A model generated the notes under the pieces. That model searched no databases. It saw nothing but the letters and a program-made list of their open reading frames with translations, and had not been told where the DNA came from. The position numbers and the translations under genes were made by a program. A stretch of DNA of 64,000 nt from a virus (taxonomy: Duplodnaviria > Heunggongvirae > Uroviricota > Caudoviricetes): the IMG/VR virus record IMGVR_UViG_2744054576_000007, positions 64,001-128,000 of that record; one strand, written 5' to 3'. Numbering within the stretch: position 1 is the stretch's first letter; each line of letters opens with the position of its first letter. Of the stretch, positions 56,373 to 64,000 are shown one piece after another.

Positions 56373-57011
56373 ATGACAATGTTAAAATCCCTAACGAATC
56401 GAAATGGCATCTATACATATCCTACCGTCACTATACCTATTGTTACAGATGGAGCTTTAAGCAAAATATCATGGAATCAGACGCAACCTGAAGGCTCAAC
56501 GATAGTTGTCCAGTCTCGTAAATCCGACGATGGCTACAATTGGTCTGAATGGCGTAACTGTGTAAATGGTGGAGAGATACCAGAAATAAATGAAGACACT
56601 CCACTCTACAATACGAAACTGAGTATTCGTGTAATCATTCAAACGACAGATTACAGTATTCGCCCCTTCTTTGATCCTAATATAACCCTACATTTTCAAC
56701 CAGTACTTGTATTCCACAATAAGGGCGACCTCCCCTGTCAGCCTGAAATATGGATTACTAAAGTTGGTAGCGGTGATTTCACTATGACCAATACCTCTCA
56801 TAACAACGAACAGTTTAAATTTGTTGGGCTTGTGGATGGGGAAACCGTATATGTAAACAATGAGCGCCAAGATATTGAGACCACGCTTGCTGTCACTTAT
56901 AGATATAAGGATTTCAACGATAACTATTTAAACCTGCCTGTTGGGAAAAATGTATTCAAAGTCGATGGAGACGCAGATATTAAATGGAGATATCAATATA
57001 AACGTATTTAG
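56373..57011 (+). CDS. Protein carrying the Dit C-terminal domain
   Basis: HNKGDLPCQPEIWI..VYVNNE..FNDNYLNLPVGKNVFKVDG..WRYQY. Confidence 0.7.
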   Translation: MTMLKSLTNRNGIYTYPTVTIPIVTDGALSKISWNQTQPEGSTIVVQSRKSDDGYNWSEWRNCVNGGEIPEINEDTPLYNTKLSIRVIIQTTDYSIRPFFDPNITLHFQPVLVFHNKGDLPCQPEIWITKVGSGDFTMTNTSHNNEQFKFVGLVDGETVYVNNERQDIETTLAVTYRYKDFNDNYLNLPVGKNVFKVDGDADIKWRYQYKRI

Positions 57012-57022
57012 GAGTGTGATAT

Positions 57023-57475
57023 ATGGCTGGAGTAGCATTGAATGGTTCAACAACAAAATTATCTACCAAAAATGATTATGTAAAATTCTCCTATGAATGG
57101 AGTGAAAGACATAGTGATGGCGATGGTGGACATGAAACTAGATACTATACAGGTCATGGTTCGACCGATGCAGATGTCGAAGGCGTAGTTTCTTCTGACA
57201 ATAAAATTTTTATAAATAATGTACCCATAGCTACTGTTGGTGATAAAACATCTGAACATTGGGTTGCCAACCCTGCTCCATCAGCTCCCAGAGGTAGCAT
57301 TAAATCAGTTTCTCCCGGTAAAAGCGGCTCTGGTGAAGGTGAAGTTTCAGGAGGTAGCGCTAAAGTTTTCTATAAAGGTAAAGCTGTAGCAATGATTGGT
57401 TCACCTGTGAAAACTATGCTAGACACAGATACCACTATCGAAACAGGAAATGAAAAGATAAATATATCAAGTTAG
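57023..57475 (+). CDS. PAAR-like spike-tip protein
   Basis: MAGVALNG; KIFINNVPIATVGD; GGSAKVFYKGKAVAMIGS; no Cys for a Zn site. Confidence 0.6.
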   Translation: MAGVALNGSTTKLSTKNDYVKFSYEWSERHSDGDGGHETRYYTGHGSTDADVEGVVSSDNKIFINNVPIATVGDKTSEHWVANPAPSAPRGSIKSVSPGKSGSGEGEVSGGSAKVFYKGKAVAMIGSPVKTMLDTDTTIETGNEKINISS

Positions 57476-57490
57476 TTAGGAGGTGAAATA

Positions 57491-58642
57491 TTGCCAGAAT
57501 TACATACTTATCTAGAATTAAATGATCCCGTAATAATGATTACTCGCAAGGGTACACCTGAAGATCCTTTCGTTAATCGTGCTGATTCACTAACTGTTAT
57601 GAATGGTCTAATAACACTATTCGAACTCCCCTCTTCTGCTCACGGTGTATCAATTGCAGGAATGACAGAGATAAGTCAACAAGTATTTGAAAATCGACCC
57701 TATTTGAACGAAAATGAGTTTCTTGTCCAATATCAAACTGGAGCAATCCAAGTCCATCCCTCGCTTGAAGGCACAACTAAACTTTGTCGCTATATGGGTA
57801 AAGGATTAGTTATGCAACCTGCATCACGTATTTATGCTATGGTGCAACGTCATCCTGATATCGTAAAAACTCTTCAAGATATAGTAGATGAAGCATATCA
57901 ACGACTAAACGACACTCAATTGGCTATTGGAAGACTTGAAGAGATTATTAGACAATCTCAAGTTGCTACAAGTACAGCAGAAAAAGCAGCAGACAATGCC
58001 AATCAAGCAGCAGACTTGGCAAATAGTGCAGCTAACAAGGCAATAGATGCATATAAAACCACAAGACTTGCTTTCAAACCTTACGTCAGAGATATGCAGG
58101 AACTGACTGCTACTTACCCTCACCCTGAACTTGGTTGGACAGTTCAAACTACAAAAGATGGCATTCGATATCGTTATGATGGTAATCGCTGGATTCCAAT
58201 TGATTTGTTTGGTGACAATCTCCAGCCAGTTAGCAAGGATAAGGATGGATTAATGACAGTAGCATTGCTTGAAAAGGTAAATGACATTCCATTAGAAGTA
58301 CAAGATCGAGTCATTCAAATCGGAAAACATTCAGATGTTTATCAGGAGATATTCGGGCTTTCAGTCTTCCCTTTCAATGGAGAAATCGTAGAAATAGAAG
58401 CCATTCTAGGAGTAGCAGGAGATACAGATACTGAGATCGCAATAGAGAAATCAAGAGATTATATTACTTGGACAAATATTTTAAATAAAAATATTCATTT
58501 TAATGCTTTGGAACATCACGATGACAAGACATCGAAAATAGGAATTAAAACTGTGAATGCTGGAGACACATTCAGGATCAACGTATTAAAAAATGGAATC
58601 AATATACAAGACTTAAATGTCAATATTATAGTTAGAACTTAG
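57491..58642 (+). CDS. Baseplate/tail fibre-associated protein with coiled coil
   Basis: Ala-rich coiled coil, YPHPELGWTVQT..YRYDGNRW, KDGLM motif. Confidence 0.55.
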   Translation: MPELHTYLELNDPVIMITRKGTPEDPFVNRADSLTVMNGLITLFELPSSAHGVSIAGMTEISQQVFENRPYLNENEFLVQYQTGAIQVHPSLEGTTKLCRYMGKGLVMQPASRIYAMVQRHPDIVKTLQDIVDEAYQRLNDTQLAIGRLEEIIRQSQVATSTAEKAADNANQAADLANSAANKAIDAYKTTRLAFKPYVRDMQELTATYPHPELGWTVQTTKDGIRYRYDGNRWIPIDLFGDNLQPVSKDKDGLMTVALLEKVNDIPLEVQDRVIQIGKHSDVYQEIFGLSVFPFNGEIVEIEAILGVAGDTDTEIAIEKSRDYITWTNILNKNIHFNALEHHDDKTSKIGIKTVNAGDTFRINVLKNGINIQDLNVNIIVRT

Positions 58643-58654
58643 GAGTGATACATA

Positions 58655-59212
58655 ATGGCAAGCCCCTTGATTACATGGTATAACGCGACTCATGCAGCCG
58701 AAATTATTACACAAGATTTCGGAGTTATTGATGCAGATACAAAGTCTTCACCTTTTACTTTTAATATTTGGAATAATAGATATGATGCCAAAAAAGACAC
58801 AGGTAAAACAGATGTAGCAAAAATGGAAGACTGCACAATAACCACTCGTGACATGACAGGTGGTACAGGCGATACAGTTGGCAATGTTGTAGAAGTAGTG
58901 AAAAATAGTTGGTTCCATGCTCAAGTAGATACTTTACAGGAGACTGACCTTGATCAAGACAGTTCAAAGATTGGTAAAATTGCTTCCAAGCCAATCGGTA
59001 CAACTGGAAGCACAACGAAAAATTGGGATGGCACAGTCTACGATACTCCGTTTAAACCGGGAGCTAAAGAGATTCTAGGTGTAGCTAATAACGGTACACC
59101 GTTAGATGCAGCAGGTAATTATGCTACAGTGACATTACAATGCGCGGTACCATTGGATGCTTCATCAGGCAAACAGAATTTTAAGCTGCGTGTCTCATAC
59201 AGATATGTGTAA
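58655..59212 (+). CDS. Tail/baseplate structural protein
   Basis: Beta-rich; late operon; SD AGGAGTG. Confidence 0.55.
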   Translation: MASPLITWYNATHAAEIITQDFGVIDADTKSSPFTFNIWNNRYDAKKDTGKTDVAKMEDCTITTRDMTGGTGDTVGNVVEVVKNSWFHAQVDTLQETDLDQDSSKIGKIASKPIGTTGSTTKNWDGTVYDTPFKPGAKEILGVANNGTPLDAAGNYATVTLQCAVPLDASSGKQNFKLRVSYRYV

Positions 59213-59287
59213 AATACTGTAAGTTAATATTAGTTATGGAGACAGGGAAATTATCCCTGTCTATTTCTATTTTTAGGGAGGTTACAA

Positions 59288-59902
59288 ATGATTCTAGGTA
59301 ATATGCAATATAGTCGTTCACCCGTTCCCTATCAAAATTTTATCTGGATTGCTGACTACTGGGATTCTACATCTCTTTTTGAATTTGATACACGCAACAA
59401 CAAACATAACGAATTTGCCTCTATAGAGAAAGATAAATTAATTGCCTTTGGTTACATTGGCGAAGGATCACAAATCTACTTCGATGTAGCTAATGGCATT
59501 TTTAATGTTAACGGACATCGCTTCATGATTTCTTACAAGACAGAAGAAAATGAATATCCGTTAACTGGGCGAACATTCCTGTATAACGACATCATTCAAT
59601 ACAAACACGCTTCAAGCGATGCTAATTTACTTACGAGAGAAGAATACGGAAGATTCAATAGTCGAGTAGAGCAATATAACATCGGCTATAAAAAACAAAT
59701 GCAATTAGAAGGCGTGAACATAAATTTTCAATGTATTTGCTCCATTCCTTTTCGAGATGCTATATATTTTCAAATCAAGATTACTTCTGATAAGAATTTG
59801 GACGGGAAATTAATTATCCGTAACAATGGACTCATATCCGAAGAATTACATGCTCCCCTACTTGCAAATATGAGCAATAATTTGAATTGGGAGTTGAGAT
59901 AA
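59288..59902 (+). CDS. Tail-region hypothetical protein
   Basis: SD GGGAGG; WIADYWD..EFD. Confidence 0.55.
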   Translation: MILGNMQYSRSPVPYQNFIWIADYWDSTSLFEFDTRNNKHNEFASIEKDKLIAFGYIGEGSQIYFDVANGIFNVNGHRFMISYKTEENEYPLTGRTFLYNDIIQYKHASSDANLLTREEYGRFNSRVEQYNIGYKKQMQLEGVNINFQCICSIPFRDAIYFQIKITSDKNLDGKLIIRNNGLISEELHAPLLANMSNNLNWELR

Positions 59903-60484
59903 ATGACTATAAGTGAGATTGGCATCCCAATAGATTTATCCAAGGGAAAATACGAAAACACAATTTTTAATAAAGACGGTAAGCTTCAACTAGTAGAACT
60001 ACAAAAAAGCGATACAGGCAAAATAGTTTATGCTTCAAGTGGTTCTTGGCAATCTGAGATGATTTACATTGCCGACAAGATCAAATCGTTTGAAAAAGTT
60101 GCGAAGAATACGGTTGTTAATGGAACAACTTCAACATTTAAAATTTATACTCAATCATCTGTCGATGGCATAGAATGGTCTCCCTATGTTGAAGTTGGTA
60201 CTGATGGTTCTGTCCAATCGCCTACAAATACATATGCACGAATAAAAATTGAGCTATTTAGTTCGCCTACCGAAAACCTAAACTTCACCGTCGATGAGTT
60301 TAACGATGATCGCTATACCAATGACTATCTAAATACATCTGATGATTACTTAGAAATGAAACGAGGCTACACGCTAGATTATGCCACAGACCCAACTTGG
60401 ACTGAAGATGGGCAACTACATAGAGTAACAATTGATAAGTCTATTTGGAAGAAAGTCGACTCTCTATCAAGTGTCCAAAGTTAG
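59903..60484 (+). CDS. Tail-region structural protein
   Basis: GSWQSEMIYI..TQSSVDGIEWSPY..YARIKIEL beta-sandwich pattern. Confidence 0.55.
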   Translation: MTISEIGIPIDLSKGKYENTIFNKDGKLQLVELQKSDTGKIVYASSGSWQSEMIYIADKIKSFEKVAKNTVVNGTTSTFKIYTQSSVDGIEWSPYVEVGTDGSVQSPTNTYARIKIELFSSPTENLNFTVDEFNDDRYTNDYLNTSDDYLEMKRGYTLDYATDPTWTEDGQLHRVTIDKSIWKKVDSLSSVQS

Positions 60485-60498
60485 GAGGATTTTACGTA

Positions 60499-60756
60499 AT
60501 GCAAAAACACTTAATTAATGACAACGGTACATATAGAACCTATTTAAATGGAACATGGCAAACAGTCACTACATCCTCCCCCACTAAGGATAACTTTGTA
60601 ACAAAAGGGATGGATGATTTAAGTGTATTAAATCGAACTGTCAAAACAATTGATCAGCCTATGACGGACAATGGAATTTTGGGTTCAGGTAAAGTTTTTA
60701 AGTCGACTTTAGACCTGAAGAAGTATTTCGACATTACAAGCATCATTATAAAATAA
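60499..60756 (+). CDS. Small protein consisting mainly of the shared C-terminal LGxGKVF module
   Basis: ATG 60499 after SD AGGAGG; ends FVTKGM..ILGSGKVFKSTL. Confidence 0.65.
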   Translation: MQKHLINDNGTYRTYLNGTWQTVTTSSPTKDNFVTKGMDDLSVLNRTVKTIDQPMTDNGILGSGKVFKSTLDLKKYFDITSIIIK

Positions 60757-60785
60757 CGATTTTATTGAAAGGATGGTGAATAAAT

Positions 60786-62231
60786 ATGGCTAGTTTTGGT
60801 GGATTTATTGATTCATTCGCAAAAGTTCTGTATGTCGATGGCACATCGGGTTTGGATACAAATACTGGATCTGCTACTTCCCCATTTAAAACAATATCTA
60901 AAGCAGTTGCTTCAGTTACTGCTGATAAAACGTTAATCTATATTGTTAAAGAAGGAACATATACAGAGTCAAGACTTACATCAGTGCTTAATGCTAATTA
61001 CGAGATCACTATAGCGACAATTACACTTAGAGATAAGACTAAACGTGTCATCCTCAGTTTGACAAATGTCACTGCTGGGGGGTTCATAATGAATAAGACT
61101 AATACATTTATCGGACTTATCATACAGAGACCTTCTCCGGGTAATGATGGCAGACCATATGAGTATTTCTTTGATGGCTCAGTCATTAATCTCTCGTTTA
61201 GAAATTGCGTATGGGATAACAAGCCTCACTCTCCTACAACGTACCCTATTTTTGCTGGTAATTCTGCTGGTGCAACAGTAAAAAAACTGGAGTATATTAA
61301 TTGTTCTTTTCTGCCCATTTTTTTAAGTAAAGATACTACTGTTAGGGACTTTATTAATTGTGCAATAGCCAATAATTTTACGTCTGATGATGGAAACATA
61401 GTCACAACTTTTGATACTGATTATAATCCAACTACTCAAACAACCACAAACGGTGTGTACAATGGCGATTATGCATGGGGAAGTCTCAAATATATTAAGG
61501 TAATACTTAAAACGAATAATAAGTTCATTTCCACTATCCAAAAAAAAATTTCAGACTCAACAATTATACCCAAAATGACAAACAATGCTGCACCGTCTGG
61601 ATTAGCCTTTTCAAAAGGTGCGATGGGGGTCAATGAAGCTTATCTTGCTTTCAATCAGACAGATGAAAATGAAGGCTACTGTTCTACAAGTAGTTCAGGC
61701 GGTGTTGGATTCTTAGGATATAAATTTACGTCTCCTAAAATTATAAGTAAATATGCAGTTCGAAATGGAACACTGGATAACTACTATAAGCGCTTGCCTA
61801 GAAATTGGACATTTGAAGGCTCCAATGATAGCACAAATGGATTCGATGGGAAGTGGGAAGTTCTAGACAGACAATCCAAACAAATTTGGAGTACACCCAC
61901 AACTGACAAGGTATTTGAAATTGATAATATCAAAGCTTTTAATATGTATAGATTGAATTGGACTGCAAATGGTGGAGCTACAGATTATACCAGTGTTGGG
62001 GAACTAAAAATGTTTGAACTATTGACCGTACCCAGTTTAATTGTAATGAATGACAATAACGAAAACTCATTTCAAAAACACGGAATGAATTTTGACAGGT
62101 CATTAAACCTAAGCAACCGTTTAAATAAATACGTTGACATTGAGAATACAAGTCTCGCTTTAGGTTTAGGAAAAGTCTTTGAACACAAGGTTAATTTTAG
62201 CAGACAAAAAGTAAATAGTATTAAGTTTTAG
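60786..62231 (+). CDS. Tail adhesin: DUF1565/pectin-lyase-like N-terminus plus discoidin (F5/8 C-like) domain
   Basis: LYVDGTSGLDTNTGSATSPFKTISKAV; PRNWTFEGSND..WEVLD; C-terminal LGLGKVF. Confidence 0.7.
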   Translation: MASFGGFIDSFAKVLYVDGTSGLDTNTGSATSPFKTISKAVASVTADKTLIYIVKEGTYTESRLTSVLNANYEITIATITLRDKTKRVILSLTNVTAGGFIMNKTNTFIGLIIQRPSPGNDGRPYEYFFDGSVINLSFRNCVWDNKPHSPTTYPIFAGNSAGATVKKLEYINCSFLPIFLSKDTTVRDFINCAIANNFTSDDGNIVTTFDTDYNPTTQTTTNGVYNGDYAWGSLKYIKVILKTNNKFISTIQKKISDSTIIPKMTNNAAPSGLAFSKGAMGVNEAYLAFNQTDENEGYCSTSSSGGVGFLGYKFTSPKIISKYAVRNGTLDNYYKRLPRNWTFEGSNDSTNGFDGKWEVLDRQSKQIWSTPTTDKVFEIDNIKAFNMYRLNWTANGGATDYTSVGELKMFELLTVPSLIVMNDNNENSFQKHGMNFDRSLNLSNRLNKYVDIENTSLALGLGKVFEHKVNFSRQKVNSIKF

Positions 62232-62260
62232 CTGCTTTAAAAAGAGAGGATAAATGCGTA

Positions 62261-63421
62261 ATGGCAACTTACAGTAATAATTTAATTCCAACTATGACAA
62301 GTAATACCACTCCAAGTGGTGCCGCCAGTGCAAGCAGTGAATACGGAGATCGTTGGAAAGCGTGGAACGCATTCGATCACATGGTTGACGATTATGGTTG
62401 GGTCGCAGCAAATGGAAACACAACTGGATGGCTGTGTTACAAATTCCCTTCTAGTATTAGAATTACAAGATACACAATTACAATGAGAAGTGGTTCACAT
62501 GCGGAATCGCCCAATACTTGGACAATTGAAGGTTCTAGTGACGGAGCTGTTTGGTCAGTTTTAGATACTCGCAGCAATATAAGTTTTTCAACCAATCTAA
62601 GTCAAAATTTCGATTTTGCAAATTATAATTTTTATTCATACTACCGAATCAACATAACCAAGAATAATGGTGGTGGTTTGTTAAGAATAAGCGAGATGGA
62701 AATGTATACGAAACAGTATGAAAGCAAATTTTTGATTTCAACTAATACAGATGAGTATTATTCTTTATATAAAAAGGCCGAAAGACCTCTAGTACCATTA
62801 ATGAATGGTTTTGATAGTCCAAGTGGTAGTGTAATTGGTTCGGCTAATTATTCGACAAACTATACTTGGAAAGCATTCGATGGCGACGATATTACAGTTT
62901 ACGCCACAAATTTTACTCCAAGTTCATCTTATCCTGCATTCATAGGATTTAAATTTAATGAAGCTGTTTGTGTAAAACGGTATTCTTTTCGGGCTGGTTT
63001 AAGGACATTTAGATTTATGGCATCAAATAACGGGATTAATTGGGATGTGTTAGACACCAAAAGTTCTTTAACAGCAAACATAACTGATACCCAAACTTTC
63101 GATATATTGAATGTTCAATCATATACTCAATATAAAATAGAGACGACTTTGGCGACCACGGGTAATGACTGGATTAATATCTATTCTGTGCAATTTTATG
63201 AGTTAATGCCTCCTGTCCTTTTACATTGCCCTTCAACCGAACTAAGCTTTGTGCAGAACGGAATGGATCGTGGCTATGTAATTGAAACCAATGAAGAAAT
63301 GAATGTACGCCAATACAGTAATTTAGAATCAGTACCTTTGGGTACTGGAAAGGTGTTTAAGCAGTCTATTAATACAGCTAAAGTGCCCATTAAAAAAGTC
63401 AATGTGACGGGTAACTATTAA
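62261..63421 (+). CDS. Tail adhesin with two discoidin (F5/8 C-like) domains
   Basis: IPTMTSNT.PSG.ASASS..AWNAFD..PNTWTIEGSSDG..W..LD, repeated; C-terminal LGTGKVF. Confidence 0.75.
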   Translation: MATYSNNLIPTMTSNTTPSGAASASSEYGDRWKAWNAFDHMVDDYGWVAANGNTTGWLCYKFPSSIRITRYTITMRSGSHAESPNTWTIEGSSDGAVWSVLDTRSNISFSTNLSQNFDFANYNFYSYYRINITKNNGGGLLRISEMEMYTKQYESKFLISTNTDEYYSLYKKAERPLVPLMNGFDSPSGSVIGSANYSTNYTWKAFDGDDITVYATNFTPSSSYPAFIGFKFNEAVCVKRYSFRAGLRTFRFMASNNGINWDVLDTKSSLTANITDTQTFDILNVQSYTQYKIETTLATTGNDWINIYSVQFYELMPPVLLHCPSTELSFVQNGMDRGYVIETNEEMNVRQYSNLESVPLGTGKVFKQSINTAKVPIKKVNVTGNY

Positions 63422-63450
63422 CAATATCTTAGAGAGCTGAGGGGATTGAA

Positions 63451-64000
63451 ATGCCTATTGTTCATACTGAAAATGCAATTCCTATTATGACTTCACACTC
63501 ATCTCCAACTGGAGTAGTTAGCGCAAGTGTGGGGAATACTGGAGGTACTCCTTCATGGAGAGTGTTCGATGGAAATATTAATAGTTATTGGGGAGGAGAA
63601 TTTGCATATCCATATTGGATTTCCTATAGCTTTAATACTCAAAAAAGAATATATAAATATTCAATAGTTGTAGATAATTCATCTTACTCTCCTTCAAGTT
63701 GGAAATTCCAGGGTTCTAACGATGGCACTACTTGGGATGATTTGGATTCTAGAAGTGGAGAAGTTTTTTCGAATAAAACCAAAAAAGTATATGACTTAAA
63801 TGTGTTCTCTGAACCTTATCAATCTTTTAGATTGTATTTTTTAGCAGGTAGAAGTCAGATTTATGTTAATGAAATTGAAATGTTTGAATATGAAGTTGCA
63901 TCAAAGTTTCTAATTTTTAATAATAACAAGTATCTAACATATAGTTCAGATCAGTGGTCGTTGGTGACCACAAATCAACCTGACGAGATGGATTATGTGG
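63451..64000 (+). CDS. Further discoidin-domain adhesin, truncated by the window end (not in ORF track)
   Basis: SD GAGGGG; MPIVHTENAIPIMTSHSSPTG..VFDG..PSSWKFQGSNDGTTWDDLD; open to the end of the window. Confidence 0.75.
   Translation, partial: MPIVHTENAIPIMTSHSSPTGVVSASVGNTGGTPSWRVFDGNINSYWGGEFAYPYWISYSFNTQKRIYKYSIVVDNSSYSPSSWKFQGSNDGTTWDDLDSRSGEVFSNKTKKVYDLNVFSEPYQSFRLYFLAGRSQIYVNEIEMFEYEVASKFLIFNNNKYLTYSSDQWSLVTTNQPDEMDYV

Larger units (their letters stand above)
1..64000. mobile_element. SPbeta-like temperate siphophage/prophage (partial; both ends outside the window)
   Basis: Gene order YonO-type RNA polymerase, HU, YonK, phosphoesterase, terminase, portal, protease, capsid, tail tube, tyrosine recombinase, tape measure with peptidoglycan hydrolases mirrors the SPbeta late region; divergent early arm of small ORFs. 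Confidence 0.93.

Noticed and set aside
461-61541. Many short opposite-strand or alternate-frame ORFs in the track (e.g. 30940-31755, 4389-4766, 14504-14743, 53128-53373)
   Set aside because: They overlap well-supported genes, lack SD sequences and have no recognisable motifs; treated as shadow ORFs
1-64000. Scattered Spo0A boxes (TGTCGAA at 470, 6333, 12494, 13371)
   Set aside because: A 7-mer is expected several times by chance in this length, and most copies are inside coding sequence
60499-64000. Diversity-generating retroelement or shufflon behind adhesin variation
   Set aside because: No reverse transcriptase, no near-identical template/variable repeat pair and no inverted crossover sites seen; could lie outside the window

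Overview
The whole window is one AT-rich segment of a large SPbeta-like temperate siphophage or prophage. The host is probably in the Paenibacillaceae, inferred from a stalk-domain secreted protein and discoidin-type tail adhesins. No host genes and no attachment site are visible. 1-15.6 kb is a leftward early/accessory arm of small ORFs with sigma-A promoters that share a motif. It includes an antirepressor, a free ClpX zinc-binding domain, an SF2 helicase with helicase-associated repeats, Cro/RsfA-like regulators, a broken adenine methyltransferase, an XRE switch with a visible operator, and a near-perfect parS site. 15.6-18.6 kb is a long non-coding divergence region with a dif-like 28-mer and 22-bp iteron-like repeats, directly downstream of a tyrosine recombinase plus winged-helix (Rep-like) operon. 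18.8-64 kb is the rightward YonO RNA polymerase and late region: HU, terminase, portal, protease/scaffold, capsid, connectors, tail tube, three glycosyltransferases, a second tyrosine recombinase, a 2334-aa tape measure protein with NlpC/P60 and SLT domains, and a Tal/spike. After these come a moron block (secreted ankyrin protein, zinc-ribbon membrane protein, type I holin-like toxin), a split Dit, a PAAR-like protein, and an array of discoidin-type adhesins sharing a C-terminal LGxGKVF module. All assignments come from motif reading and synteny, without database searches.
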